64,000 nucleotides of DNA from Chloroflexota bacterium (GCA_009692845.1 SHYK01000003.1:3956-67955); one strand, 5' to 3'; counted from the first letter of the stretch, positions 10,004 through 19,769 are shown. Notes: a model not told the origin generated them from the letters alone. Numbers and translations are program-made.

Positions 10004-11536
10004 ATGCCGGGGGACGTCGTTCTGCGCCGGAGGCGCGGACGCGTGGAGCGTCTCCGTCGGGCCCTGACTGTGCCTGCGCTGTTCAGCACCGGCTACGGAA
10101 ATGTCGGCTCTTCGATCTATTACGCTCTGGGAGTTACCGCCCTCTATGCTTTGGGGGCGGCCCCCCTCGCGCTCGTTGTCGCGGGCGCTTTTTTTGTTTT
10201 CACCGTGCTGACTTACGCCGAAGCGACGGTGGCCGTGCCGGAAGCGGGTGGCGCTTCTAGCTTTGCTCGCCACGGGCTGGGCGAGTTCGTCAGCTTCTTC
10301 GCCGGCTGGGCGACCATGCTGTCCTATACAGTGACGATCTCGATCTCTGCTTTCGCGGTCTCTGGCTACATGTCGGTGTTCTTCCCGGAGCTCGCCAGCT
10401 ACCCGGCCAATGTCGTATTCACGCTGGGGGTGATTGGGCTACTCGCGGCTCTGAATTGTGTTGGAGTCCGCGAAGCGACCACGGTGAGCGTGGCCTTTGC
10501 CGTGCTCGATTTGACCACCCAGGTCCTGCTGGTGACGGTGGGCGTTGTTACCCTGCTCAATGTCCCCCTGCTCATCTCCCAGGTTCACTTCGGCACCGTC
10601 CCAACCTGGAGTAACTTTGCCTACAGCATTTCCATTGCCATGGTGGCCTATACGGGCATTGAGACCATTTCGAATATGGTGGAAGAGGCACGTAACCCCG
10701 CACAAACGGTACCCCGTTCGTATGGGCTTCTGGTCGTTGCGGTGCTCGTACTGTTCATGGGCATCTCGGTGGTCGCGCTATCAGCAATGCCCGTCCAATG
10801 CGAGCACCCCGAAGCTATGATTTCCGCCGACCCAATTCAGTGCGCGGACGACGCCTACACGACTGATCTCGGCACCAAGTACGTCGCTGACCCGGTGGCG
10901 GGGATTGCCCGGGCCCTTCCCGAGCCCCTGAATCGGATTTTCGAGCCGATCGTGGCGGTCCTTGCTTCGACGATCCTACTCATCGCGGCCAACGCCGGGA
11001 TCATGGGGGTCTCGCGATTGACCTTCTCGATGGGTGGGTATTTTCAGCTCCCATCCTTCCTGAGCCGCATCCATCGGAGGTTTCGGACCCCGTATGTATC
11101 CGTGCTGGTTTTTTGCCTGGTGGCAGCGCTGATCGTGCTCCCCGGCAACCTGGGCGACATCGCGGACGTCTATATCTTCGCGGCGATGCTCACGTTCACG
11201 CTGGCGCACGTCTCGGTGATCGCTATGCGAATCCGGGTTCCGGATCTCGACCGGCCGTTCCGGCTTGGGCTCGGGATCATGATCAGAGGCAGCGAGATTC
11301 CCGTGACCGCGATCATAGGCGGGCTCGGCACCTTTACGGTCTGGCTGATCATTGTGGTCACTCGGCCCTTCGGCCGGTGGGCCGGTCTCGCCTGGATGTT
11401 GCTTGGAATTGGGTCGTACCTGTGGTATCGGCGTCGGTCCGGATTGCCCATCAACAGGACGGTGCGGCGGGGAACGCGGACCGCCTCGGCGGCACCAAGC
11501 ACGTCGGCAGGTGGCCGGTCCATACGGAGTCGGTAG
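10004..11536 (+). CDS. APC-superfamily amino acid/polyamine permease
   Basis: 510 aa with about 12 hydrophobic segments. The N-terminal signature is LFSTGYGNVGSSIYYALG. Confidence 0.75.
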   Translation: MPGDVVLRRRRGRVERLRRALTVPALFSTGYGNVGSSIYYALGVTALYALGAAPLALVVAGAFFVFTVLTYAEATVAVPEAGGASSFARHGLGEFVSFFAGWATMLSYTVTISISAFAVSGYMSVFFPELASYPANVVFTLGVIGLLAALNCVGVREATTVSVAFAVLDLTTQVLLVTVGVVTLLNVPLLISQVHFGTVPTWSNFAYSISIAMVAYTGIETISNMVEEARNPAQTVPRSYGLLVVAVLVLFMGISVVALSAMPVQCEHPEAMISADPIQCADDAYTTDLGTKYVADPVAGIARALPEPLNRIFEPIVAVLASTILLIAANAGIMGVSRLTFSMGGYFQLPSFLSRIHRRFRTPYVSVLVFCLVAALIVLPGNLGDIADVYIFAAMLTFTLAHVSVIAMRIRVPDLDRPFRLGLGIMIRGSEIPVTAIIGGLGTFTVWLIIVVTRPFGRWAGLAWMLLGIGSYLWYRRRSGLPINRTVRRGTRTASAAPSTSAGGRSIRSR

Positions 11537-11924
11537 AGCCGCCGCGACATGTTTGAAAGTAGATCGTTCGTCGGGGTGCTTCGCGCACGGTGGGCGGGTC
11601 TCTTCGTCCCGCAGGGCGCGGGCGTTGTGCTCCGCCGAAACCTGCTGCGCGACCAACACCATGGCGGGGGATAGTCCCCCCCTACCGGACGATGGCTACC
11701 GCGTTACGACTAACGAAGTAGAGGGTAGCTAGCGGCCCCTTGCAGCGGTAGGCTGGGAGGCGGTCCCAGGGCCTACCGCCAGCCCGGCTGGCGGCGCATT
11801 TCACCAGAGTTTTAGGGGACGGTGCCGATAGCAGCCGTCTGGATGGCCGCCGCCTTCGTACTATAAAGAGCGCGTGCTGCGGTCGCCTTAGCGGGGCGCC
11901 GCGGATTGATCTGAGGAGTATCTG

Positions 11925-12653
11925 TTGCGAACCCTGCCGCTCTGGATCTGCGTACTCCTAGCCGGGATTCTGGGCGGGTGTTCAGTGGCCGCGAGCCCGA
12001 CGGTCACGGGGGTGGGCGCGGGATCGAAGTCTGGGACTACGGGTGGGGCCGATTCCTCTGGTCAGATCTTGGCCCCGCTCGAGCAAGGCGACCGCCTGCT
12101 CGACGCACCTGGGAGCGGCCTGCGGCTCACCCTGCTGGCAGAGGGCAATGAGGCGCGCTATCGGGCGCAGGAAGTGCTGGCGCGGCTCAGGGTGCCCAAT
12201 GAGGCAGTCGGCCGCACGAAAGATGTGAGCGGCGCTATCACGCTCGATTCGACGGGAACGGTGATCCCTGGGCAATCGAAGATCACGGTCGATCTGCGGC
12301 AACTGGCCAGCGACGAGAGACTGCGTGACCGCTTTGTACGGACGGATGTATTGCAGACCGGGCGGTTCCCGAACGCTGAGTTTGTCGCCCGCGAAATCCG
12401 CGGGATCCCCTGGCCCGCTCCTGCTACCGGCGATTTCAGTTTCCAATTGAGCGGGGACTTGACCGTTCATGGCGTGACTCGATCGGTGACTTGGAACGGC
12501 AGCGGCCGAATTGGGGGTGGGCATATGAACGCCACCGCGACGACCAGCGTGAACATCACCGATTTTGGGATGGCCATTCCCCGGGTCGTTACGGTTTTGA
12601 GTCTGGAGGACGCGATCACGCTCGAGCTCGACGTCCGAGCCGTCACCGGTTGA
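11925..12653 (+). CDS. YceI-like domain lipoprotein
   Basis: Signal peptide with a lipobox-like LLAGILGGCS. YceI-type motifs are present (FPNAEFVAREI, GDLTVHGVTRSVTW). Confidence 0.65.
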   Translation: MRTLPLWICVLLAGILGGCSVAASPTVTGVGAGSKSGTTGGADSSGQILAPLEQGDRLLDAPGSGLRLTLLAEGNEARYRAQEVLARLRVPNEAVGRTKDVSGAITLDSTGTVIPGQSKITVDLRQLASDERLRDRFVRTDVLQTGRFPNAEFVAREIRGIPWPAPATGDFSFQLSGDLTVHGVTRSVTWNGSGRIGGGHMNATATTSVNITDFGMAIPRVVTVLSLEDAITLELDVRAVTG

Positions 12654-12704
12654 TTGAGCCGAGGCTCGGTGAAAGATCGCAGAAGTTCGTAGACCCCCCC
12701 CCAA

Positions 12705-12761
12705 CTCTCCCCCCTTGCGGGGGAGAGACTTTTCTTCCTTTGCCCTCGACGGGGGGAGGGC
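12705..12761. terminator. Two GC hairpins between convergent genes (YceI-like / RNA ligase-like)
   Basis: The hairpins are ctctccccc-cttgc-gggggagag (12705-12727) and gccctc-gacgggg-gagggc (12742-12761). They are in the position of a bidirectional terminator and have the same G/C-block style as the dispersed repeats. Confidence 0.4.
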
Positions 12762-12778
12762 TTGATTGAGGCGTTCGT

Positions 12779-13900
12779 TCAGCCCGCTCCCAGGAGGGCG
12801 GTCAAAGCGGAGTAGACCCGCTTCATGTCTTGCTTGCGAAACTGGGAAGCCAGGGCGCGCATGATGGAGGGTTGATTCTCGCGGGTCCACGGGAGATCGA
12901 GTGCCCGATAGGACGCCAGGACGGTATCTCGAAACTCGAGGTGCTCGGCTACTTCCCGAACGACCCGGGAGATCAGCTCCTGGGAGGCATCCACTTCCTC
13001 GCTGGGGAACTCTTCCAGCAAGAGCAGCGCGACGCCGTCGGCGGTTAGCGGGTCGGACTCGATCAGGTTGAGGGCGGTGGCGCGAATCACCTCGCGGGAG
13101 ATCCGTCTCCCCTCTGTCCAGTGGATCGCCTCGATCTCGGCGGGTTTGAGCTTGAACAGGTGCCATTTGCCGAGCTCGTCGAGCAAGTACCAGACGTGGC
13201 CCTCGGAGCCGGTGAAGGTGCCGTCGTCCTGGCGGATGAGCCCTTCGGATAGGACGCGCTGCTGCTCCTGGTAGCTCCAGATGTAGTCCTGGGTGACCTC
13301 GGCGATGAGCTTCGCGGTGGGCACTCCGGGCGGCTCTTGGATCGGCGGCAGGAGATGGCCGGCTTCGTCGCGGGTGAACAGCAGGGCCGTATCGAGAAGG
13401 GTCTCGTATTTGATGAGATGCAGGTTTCGGGAGCCATAGAGCTCGAAGCTGGCGCGGTTACCGACCTGCCAACCCAGGACTGGGTAGCGGTCGAGCATTT
13501 CGCGCCACATGGCGAGGAAGGGCCCAAACCGACCATCAGCCAAGAACGGACGCAGACGGGGCTTCCAGGTGGCGTATTCCTTCCCGTCGGTGTCGCGGTA
13601 GCGGTAGCCGAATACGTTCGTGCCGTCGAGCTTCTCGTAGGCCAAGATGCGCACGGCCTTGGGGAAGTGCCAGCGACCGGCGGGATCGAAGGGGTATCCG
13701 AGCTTTGGGGTGCCCAGAACGCGTTGGAGGGCCTTCTGGTAGTTCACGCGGGTGATGAGGAGCGCGCCATAGGCGTCTCCCTGCCGACGGCCGATCAAGC
13801 CCTCAACGAAGTTCCCGTTGAAGGGATCTTCTTCGGAGAACTCCTGGAAGTCTCCGAGGAACTCCTTCGCTTCGAGTTTTAGGTCCTCAGCCCAGGTCAT
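12779..13900 (-). CDS. ATP-dependent RNA ligase-like nucleotidyltransferase (Rnl2/DRB0094-type motif set)
   Basis: Covalent nucleotidyltransferase motifs appear in the right order and spacing: motif I YEKLDGTN (K90), motif III SFELYGSRN (E153), motif IV SEGHVWY (E233), motif V LFKLKP (K250/K252). The spacing is close to T4 Rnl2 (K35/E99/E204/K225-K227). Confidence 0.55.
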   Translation of the reverse strand: MTWAEDLKLEAKEFLGDFQEFSEEDPFNGNFVEGLIGRRQGDAYGALLITRVNYQKALQRVLGTPKLGYPFDPAGRWHFPKAVRILAYEKLDGTNVFGYRYRDTDGKEYATWKPRLRPFLADGRFGPFLAMWREMLDRYPVLGWQVGNRASFELYGSRNLHLIKYETLLDTALLFTRDEAGHLLPPIQEPPGVPTAKLIAEVTQDYIWSYQEQQRVLSEGLIRQDDGTFTGSEGHVWYLLDELGKWHLFKLKPAEIEAIHWTEGRRISREVIRATALNLIESDPLTADGVALLLLEEFPSEEVDASQELISRVVREVAEHLEFRDTVLASYRALDLPWTRENQPSIMRALASQFRKQDMKRVYSALTALLGAG

Positions 13901-14002
13901 GCTTGCCTCGATTCTCTCCGATATCGACGACGCTATAGTACAAATGTACTAGAGTAGGCAGCAATCGACGGCCCCGGGGTGGGGACTGAGTAGGCGGGAT
14001 CA

Positions 14003-14315
14003 TTGAGGTCGCCGAAGGCGGCCGGTGGCGAAGCGCGGCCGCGAATGCTGCGCGGCCTCCACGGCGAGGGCGACGGAGACCAGGAGGTCGTCGTGGCCTT
14101 CGCGAGGGTCGACGTACCAGCCGAGCCTTTGGTTGGCGTGGAGGGTGGAGCGGGCCTGGCGCCAGAACTCGTTGAGGGCCGGACTTGAGGTCGGGGAGCC
14201 TTCACGGGGCCTCTGCCATTGCGATGGGCGAGGGACTGCCGAAGTGAGCGATCTGCCTCCATCGAAGATGGGTGCTTCGAGTGCCTCAGCACGAACGTTC
14301 GTTGAAGCTCTTGAG
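14003..14315 (-). other. Start-less open frame; possible remnant of a phage terminase large-subunit C-terminus
   Basis: The minus-strand frame reads ...ALNEFWRQARSTLHANQRLGWYVDPREGHDDLLVSVALAVEAAQ...* with no usable start codon. The W...D...HDD..(V/A)ALA ending resembles the last nuclease motif of TerL proteins. This rests on weak, motif-only evidence. Confidence 0.2.
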
Positions 14316-15051
14316 GATGTTGCTCAGGCGATCTAGCTCGGGCTCGGCTTTGAAGGCCGACGCGCTCGTCGGGATCGGGTCGATCTCGGCATCTTCGTCG
14401 GCAAGGGCAATGCTCATCGCTGTGAGCTTCTCGACGCGGTAGCTCTCCATGTCGATCGCTTCGAGAATGCCTTTAGAGAGATCGTCCTCCTGGGGCGGCT
14501 GCAGTTTCGGCACGAGGAGATTGAGGAAGATCGAAGCTTCTCCCACTCGGGATAGCTGTAGGGCATGATTGAGGATAGGAAATCGTACGTGCGGCAAAAC
14601 ACCTTGGCCTTGCCCTTGAAGTCCACCTGGCCATTCTCGTCGAGCGTTTCTTTGTAGACGACTCCGCAGGCGTCGGGGACCAAAAAATTGAAGCAGACGG
14701 CCGGTTCGCTTGGTCATAGGCGACGATAGCTCCGACAGGCTGTGAATCGCCCCCACCAGACTTCTCCAGAAGAAGGTCCCCCTTCTGCAATAGTCTGCGC
14801 GAATCGAGCCGATTGTGGGATGGATCGGAGCGTCTTTTTCCTAAGGCTCACGCGAAGGTTTACGCGATCAAAGTCCGCGACCCGCACACAGATGAGGTCG
14901 TCGGTCCCGTCCGCGTCTGATCCCCAGGCTCCACTAATGCAGTCAGTGATGGAGGCACGCAGTCGCCGTACACTCCAATGTGGCGGAATAGGCCAAGCCA
15001 CGGTAGGCCCGACTCCTGATATTCCGGGTAGGGCTTGAGGTCGGCGATCAT
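14286..15051 (-). pseudogene. hsdS/hsdR: Fused remnants of type I restriction hsdS (first ~110 codons, frameshifted) and hsdR (last ~140 codons, frameshifted)
   Basis: The hsdS pieces lie in three frames: MIADLKPYPEYQESGLPWLG, IPPHWSVRRLRASITDCISGAWGSD...ICVRVADF and KGDLLLEKSGGGDSQPVG. The hsdR C-terminal pieces lie in two frames: FKGKAKVFCRTYDFLSSIMPYSYPEWEKL and LEAIDMESYRVEKL...LDRLSNILKSFNER. Confidence 0.75.
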
Positions 15052-17159
15052 GCTGGCCCACCATCGCCCATTTGACGTTTGAAGGACTGGCGTACCAGTC
15101 CCATGACATAGGGCAGCTCGTCCAGCGCCTGAATGCCTACCTCCACGTCGCCATTGCCCCAACGGCCCATCCCACTCACGTCCCGGCACAGTCCCTTCGG
15201 GTCGTCGATCTCGGAAAATGCCATATTGATGGTGAGCAGCAGCCGCTTCGCTTGAGGCACCACGTCTACGAAGTTGGTCTCAGCCTTGTAGGCGACGTAC
15301 AACTTCAGGAACTCCTCGCTCACGCAGGGGTCGAGCGCCAACACCTCCTCGCGGAACGCCACGAAAAGGTCGCGCATGGCGCCAAATAAGTTTGGGTGGT
15401 CCGCCATGGAGTACCGGCCCGGGGACGCCACGTTCGGAGGCCGATAGGAAGCCAGAACCGCGGGGGCGAGCCGCGGTAACGGCCACACGACCAATGCCTG
15501 GTTCGCGAGTCGAGTTGCGCGCTCGCGGATGCTTTCCTCATTCCAGGACTCGGACTGACTGAAGTCTAGATTGAGCCAAAGGGGGCTCCGTCGGAGGCCC
15601 TTTTCGGGAGCGTCTGGCATGTCACGCTTCTCAGCGAAAGGTCGATCGCTGTAGCTTGAGTTGTAGGCCGTGAGGGTCAGGTTGCCCAGAGTGTGCAGCC
15701 AGGTGTCCTGGATACGCTTCCAGTCGGCGCCGAGCGTTTGCTGCCAAGGTACGGTGAGAGCGGGGTTCTGCGGGAGGACATGCTCGATGGTGTAGTCCTC
15801 TACCGGCGCAGGCTCCTTCCGGTCGTGGTTTTCCAATCGTCGAAGCCAATAGCTGCGACTTCTGAAGTTGTACAGATCCTTCGTTTGCAGCTCGCGGCTG
15901 AAGTCGTCGCCGGTAGGGAACCGCCGGTACGAAGGAAGCGTCAGGAAGTGGGCCTGGATGCTTTCAAGGTAGCGATCCTTCTTAAGGGCTTTCCCGAACG
16001 TAGCGAATGTCTTGTTCATCGAGTTGGTGGGCAAACCGCAGATCGCCCGGCGGAACACGTAGGACTCGACCAGCCGCACGGCGGTTTCTAGATCAGCGGT
16101 GCTGAGCGTACCGTCCTCATAGTCGTGATAGAGTTCAAGAAGAAATGGGTAGGCCACATCCACTTTGAGCTCGCGCAGGTCGTGGAAAGCACGGCCGAGG
16201 ACTGCATTTTGTTCGCGGCCTAGGGCAAAAGCGCAGAAGTAACGAGCAAACGCTCGAATCTCCTTCACTAAGGCCTCGATGCCAGCCTCCTCCACAGGTG
16301 CAGTGCGGGAGTAATCCTTGAATGCGTCGTAAACCTCGCGTTCACGAGGGATTTCGCCGGTACGGACGGTGAGGTAGTGCCGCATGAAGCTGTCGAACTG
16401 GGTGCTGTAGGCTTCCTGGCCAAAGTCCTGCTCCATCGGCCGCCAATACTGTTCGTAGAGGAGCGTCTGGAGGTCTGGCTCAAGCCCCATTAGGACGAAG
16501 TTGCGAATCAAGTCTGCCTGACTCAGCTCTTTACCCGTTGAGTTCATGCTCTCGAAAATGAGCTGCGGGTTGTCCTGGTCGCGGGTGAGTGCAACGTCAA
16601 CGATGACCAGCTTGGCCAAACCGCGGCAGACCGGGGCGAGGTCACCTCTCTGCGACTCAAGCCAGTCAGTGAACAGCGCAAAATTCTGGATCACCCGAAT
16701 GGAAGGCTCTTGCGGTTGCTCGGCGTTCTTGACAATGGCCCTAAGTGAGGCGTTGTCGGTCTGTGAAAGCAACAGCTTGTAGTAGCGGTCTCCGCTTTCC
16801 AGCGAATTGCACAGGTAGTAATGGCGGAGCTTAGCCGCCGAAAAGCCTTCGACTGGTTCCTGATCCCCCGCAGCGCGTGCTAATGCCTCAAGGAGTAAGG
16901 TCAGCGTAGTTAGGCGCTGCTGACCATCAATGACTAGCAACGGCGACTGGTGGGTGATATTGGCGAGACTCTGCTCCACATAGACGATCGAGCCGACGAA
17001 GTGAAGTGCAATAGCGTCAGTCGATCCAGCGCGGAGGATATCGTCCCATAGCTGGCGGCACTCTTTCTCGGTCCAGGAATAGGTGCGCTGGTAGATCGGG
17101 ACGATGAACTGCGGCGATTTCTGGAGGAAGGTCAGTAGCTTCGCCTGCGTGGCGATCAC
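15048..17159 (-). CDS. DUF262 + DUF1524 (GmrSD-like, type IV restriction-type) protein with an extra C-terminal domain; intact
   Basis: DUF262 motifs: FIVPIYQRTYSW, DGQQRLTTL, NSTGKELSQADLIRN. HNH-like DUF1524 motifs: YTIEHVLPQN, LGNLTLTAYNSSYSDRPF. The 703-aa ORF is uninterrupted. It has a GTGA overlap with hsdM' and an ATGA overlap with hsdS'. Confidence 0.85.
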   Translation of the reverse strand: MIATQAKLLTFLQKSPQFIVPIYQRTYSWTEKECRQLWDDILRAGSTDAIALHFVGSIVYVEQSLANITHQSPLLVIDGQQRLTTLTLLLEALARAAGDQEPVEGFSAAKLRHYYLCNSLESGDRYYKLLLSQTDNASLRAIVKNAEQPQEPSIRVIQNFALFTDWLESQRGDLAPVCRGLAKLVIVDVALTRDQDNPQLIFESMNSTGKELSQADLIRNFVLMGLEPDLQTLLYEQYWRPMEQDFGQEAYSTQFDSFMRHYLTVRTGEIPREREVYDAFKDYSRTAPVEEAGIEALVKEIRAFARYFCAFALGREQNAVLGRAFHDLRELKVDVAYPFLLELYHDYEDGTLSTADLETAVRLVESYVFRRAICGLPTNSMNKTFATFGKALKKDRYLESIQAHFLTLPSYRRFPTGDDFSRELQTKDLYNFRSRSYWLRRLENHDRKEPAPVEDYTIEHVLPQNPALTVPWQQTLGADWKRIQDTWLHTLGNLTLTAYNSSYSDRPFAEKRDMPDAPEKGLRRSPLWLNLDFSQSESWNEESIRERATRLANQALVVWPLPRLAPAVLASYRPPNVASPGRYSMADHPNLFGAMRDLFVAFREEVLALDPCVSEEFLKLYVAYKAETNFVDVVPQAKRLLLTINMAFSEIDDPKGLCRDVSGMGRWGNGDVEVGIQALDELPYVMGLVRQSFKRQMGDGGPA

Positions 17160-17822
17160 CCGATGCCCACCTTTAGCAGTCCATCTAGCAGCCCCTCGGC
17201 CTCCTGCTCCCCTGGGAGGATGTCGGCGCTGATTTCTTCAAGGGTGCGCAGCGGCTGTGGCTTGTAGAAGTGGCGGGTGAAGCTGACCTCATAGCCCATC
17301 TTGGTGGCATCCTCTTTGACCCAGGCGTCTGGCGTGTACGGCAGCACCTCGCGACGGATAAACGCCTCGATGCCGCCCACTTCTAGCAGTGGCACCTGCT
17401 CGGTGTCGCGCAGTTCGGGGTCGGACTCGTACTCGACCAAGACGGATTTGGCATCGATGGTCCAGGATGTCTTGGACGTTGGGGGAGAAGCCATCAAGGC
17501 AATCCTCGAAGTCGGCCAGGAGTTGCTTCTGGCTGCCACGGGACTTTAGATCGCGCAGAGTGAAACGGGACGTGTTGTAAAAAGCCTGGCCGGCGGTGTC
17601 GCAAAGAGCGGCGCACTGCTCGGTAATGCCGCTCGCATCGAGCATTGCCTTGGTATCAAGAACCGCGGGCTTTGTGGGTTCAAGAACGGCATCCATGCGA
17701 CGGATGACGCACATGGGCAGGATGACATCCGCGTACTTGCCCCGCTTGAAAAGATCGCGGAGCACATCGTCGGCGATGCCCCAGATGGAGGAAACGATCT
17801 TGTTGTGGGTGGCCTGGTCCAC
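17156..17822 (-). pseudogene. hsdM: Type I restriction hsdM remnant: N-terminal domain joined out of frame to the C-terminal tail, methyltransferase core deleted
   Basis: The HsdM_N-like head (IVSSIWGIADDVLRDLFKRGKYADVILPMCVIRRMDAVLEP...FSPNVQDILD) changes frame near 17466-17470. It continues into the terminal segment (IDAKSVLVEYESDPELRD...MGYEVSFTRHFYKPQPLRTLEEISADIL). The total is only ~670 nt. Confidence 0.8.
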
Positions 17823-18113
17823 GGTAGTAGCCTCCAGGCGTGTGACAGTCGGGGACGCCCTTCGAATTATGTTTCATGCGGAGCACATATACAGCGCGAA
17901 GGCATGCGGAGCAACTGCGGCGATGCCGAGGGGCGACTGACGTTTAGACCTCCACCTCACCTGCCCGCCGATGCGCGGCAATGATCTTAGGAGGGCGATG
18001 CTAGGTGAGTGCGCCCGGGGACCGGAGCATATCAGCTACCGCTAATTTGGATGAGACAGGACGTGGGACAGAGAATGTTCCGGGTCCGAGCGGTGGTCGG
18101 CCAGCAGCCGGGG

Positions 18114-19568
18114 CTAGGCTTTGTCGAGGTGGGCGCGGAGGATTTCGTTGACCAGGGCGGGGTTGGCCTTGCCGCCGGTAGCGCGCATGACCTGGCCGGT
18201 GAGGAAGCCCATCGCTTGCTTCTTGCCGGCTTTGTAGTCGGCCAATGCCTGAGGGTTGGCGGCGATCGCGGCCGCTGCCGCCCGATTCAATTCTTCGGTG
18301 TCGCTGATCTGGGTAAGGCCCTTCTCCTTGACGATGCTGGCGGGGGACTTGCCGGAGAAGGCGGCGTCTTCCAGGACTTCTTTGGCGGTGCCGTGGCTGA
18401 TGGTGCCGCGATCGATGAGCTGGAGCAGCTCCACGAGCTGGGGGGGGCCCATCGGGAGGGTGTCAATTTCCGTATCACGCTCGCGGAGGATGCGGAAGAG
18501 GTCGCCCTCGATCCAGTTTGCCACTGTCTTGGGGTTGGGATAGAGCCGCACGGTCTCTTCAAAGAAGTGGGAGACTTCAACCGAGGAGGTCAGCTGGACG
18601 GCATCGTAAGGGCTGAGCTGGAACTCCTGGACATAACGCTCGCGGCGTTGGTCGGGCAGCTCGGGCAGGCGCGCGCGAAGCTCCTCCACCCACTCGGCCG
18701 AAATGAAAACGGGCGGGAGATCGGGCTCCGGGAAGAACCGGTAGTCGTGGGCTTCTTCTTTCGAGCGCTGGGAGAAGGTGACCGACTTGTCTTCATCCCA
18801 ACCACGGGTCTCCTGGGAGATGAGCTCACCAGAGTCGAGGGCGCGGGCCTGGCGCTCGATCTCGTATTCGAGGGCGCGCAGCACCGAGCGGGCGGAGTTG
18901 AGGTTCTTGATCTCGACTTTGGTGCCGAATTTTTCGGTGCCGACCGGCCGAAGGGATACGTTGACGTCGCAGCGCATGGCGCCCTCTTCCATGTTGCCGG
19001 TCGAGACGCCCAGGGTGCGAACGATGAGCCGAATCTTTTGGAGATAGGCGCGGGCCTCGGCCGGGGACCGCAGGTCGGGCTCGGAGACGATCTCGAGGAG
19101 GGGGACGCCGGAGCGGTTCATGTCGATCAGACTGCGGGAATCGCCGTTGTCGTGGCGATGGATGAGCTTGGCGGTATCCTCTTCCAGGTGGGCGCGGGTG
19201 ATGCCAACTCTGGTGGTGACGCCTTCCGCCTCGACCGTGATCCAGCCATTGATATTGAAGGGCAGGTCAAATTGGGAGATCTGGTAGCCCTTGAGCAGGT
19301 CTGGGTAGGCATAGTTCTTGCGGTCGAACTTGCTGGCCTCGGGAATCTGGCAGTTGAGGGCCAGGCCGGTCATGAAGGCGTATTCGACGGCCAGGCGGTT
19401 CATCACGGGGAGCACGCCCGGCATAGCAAGGCAAACCGGGCAGACGTGGGTGTTGGGCTCGGCTCCTGCATAAGCGGCGCTGCAGCTGCAGAACATCTTG
19501 CTCTGGGTCATGAGCTGGACGTGGGTCTCCAGCCCAATCACTGGTTCGTAGGTCGTCGTCACAGCCAT
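18114..19568 (-). CDS. gatB: Asp/Glu-tRNA amidotransferase subunit B
   Basis: YEPVIGLETHVQL, NRSGVPLLEIVSEPD and the C-terminal GatB/YqeY-type tail (GFLTGQVMRATGGKANP). 484 aa. Confidence 0.95.
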   Translation of the reverse strand: MAVTTTYEPVIGLETHVQLMTQSKMFCSCSAAYAGAEPNTHVCPVCLAMPGVLPVMNRLAVEYAFMTGLALNCQIPEASKFDRKNYAYPDLLKGYQISQFDLPFNINGWITVEAEGVTTRVGITRAHLEEDTAKLIHRHDNGDSRSLIDMNRSGVPLLEIVSEPDLRSPAEARAYLQKIRLIVRTLGVSTGNMEEGAMRCDVNVSLRPVGTEKFGTKVEIKNLNSARSVLRALEYEIERQARALDSGELISQETRGWDEDKSVTFSQRSKEEAHDYRFFPEPDLPPVFISAEWVEELRARLPELPDQRRERYVQEFQLSPYDAVQLTSSVEVSHFFEETVRLYPNPKTVANWIEGDLFRILRERDTEIDTLPMGPPQLVELLQLIDRGTISHGTAKEVLEDAAFSGKSPASIVKEKGLTQISDTEELNRAAAAAIAANPQALADYKAGKKQAMGFLTGQVMRATGGKANPALVNEILRAHLDKA

Positions 19569-19581
19569 AGCGATATTTTAG

Positions 19582-19760
19582 AGGGGGACGCCCCTCCCCT
19601 GCCCCTCCCCGGGCGCGGGGAGGGGAGATAGATCTTCGGGGGCTTCGCCCCCGCAGCCCCTAGAGACGGGGGGACGGGATTGGGGGGACGCCCCTCCCCG
19701 GGCGCGGGGAGGGGAGACAGATCTTCGGTGGCTTCGCCCCCAGAGCCCCTGGGGACGGAG
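19582..19760. repeat. Two tandem ~90-nt units (period ~99 nt), each with two GC hairpins
   Basis: Unit core: gggggacgcccctcccc(gggcgc)ggggaggggaga[t/c]agatcttcgg[g/t]ggcttcgcccccNNagcccct. It occurs at ~19584-19670 and ~19683-19758. Unit 1 carries a 9-nt duplication (tgcccctcc). Confidence 0.8.
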
Positions 19761-19769
19761 GCTAGGACT

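Noticed and set aside
19582-19760. Tandem GC-rich repeats considered as a possible CRISPR array.
   Set aside because: There are only two units, ~90 nt long, directly adjacent with no unique spacers of regular length. No cas genes are in the window.
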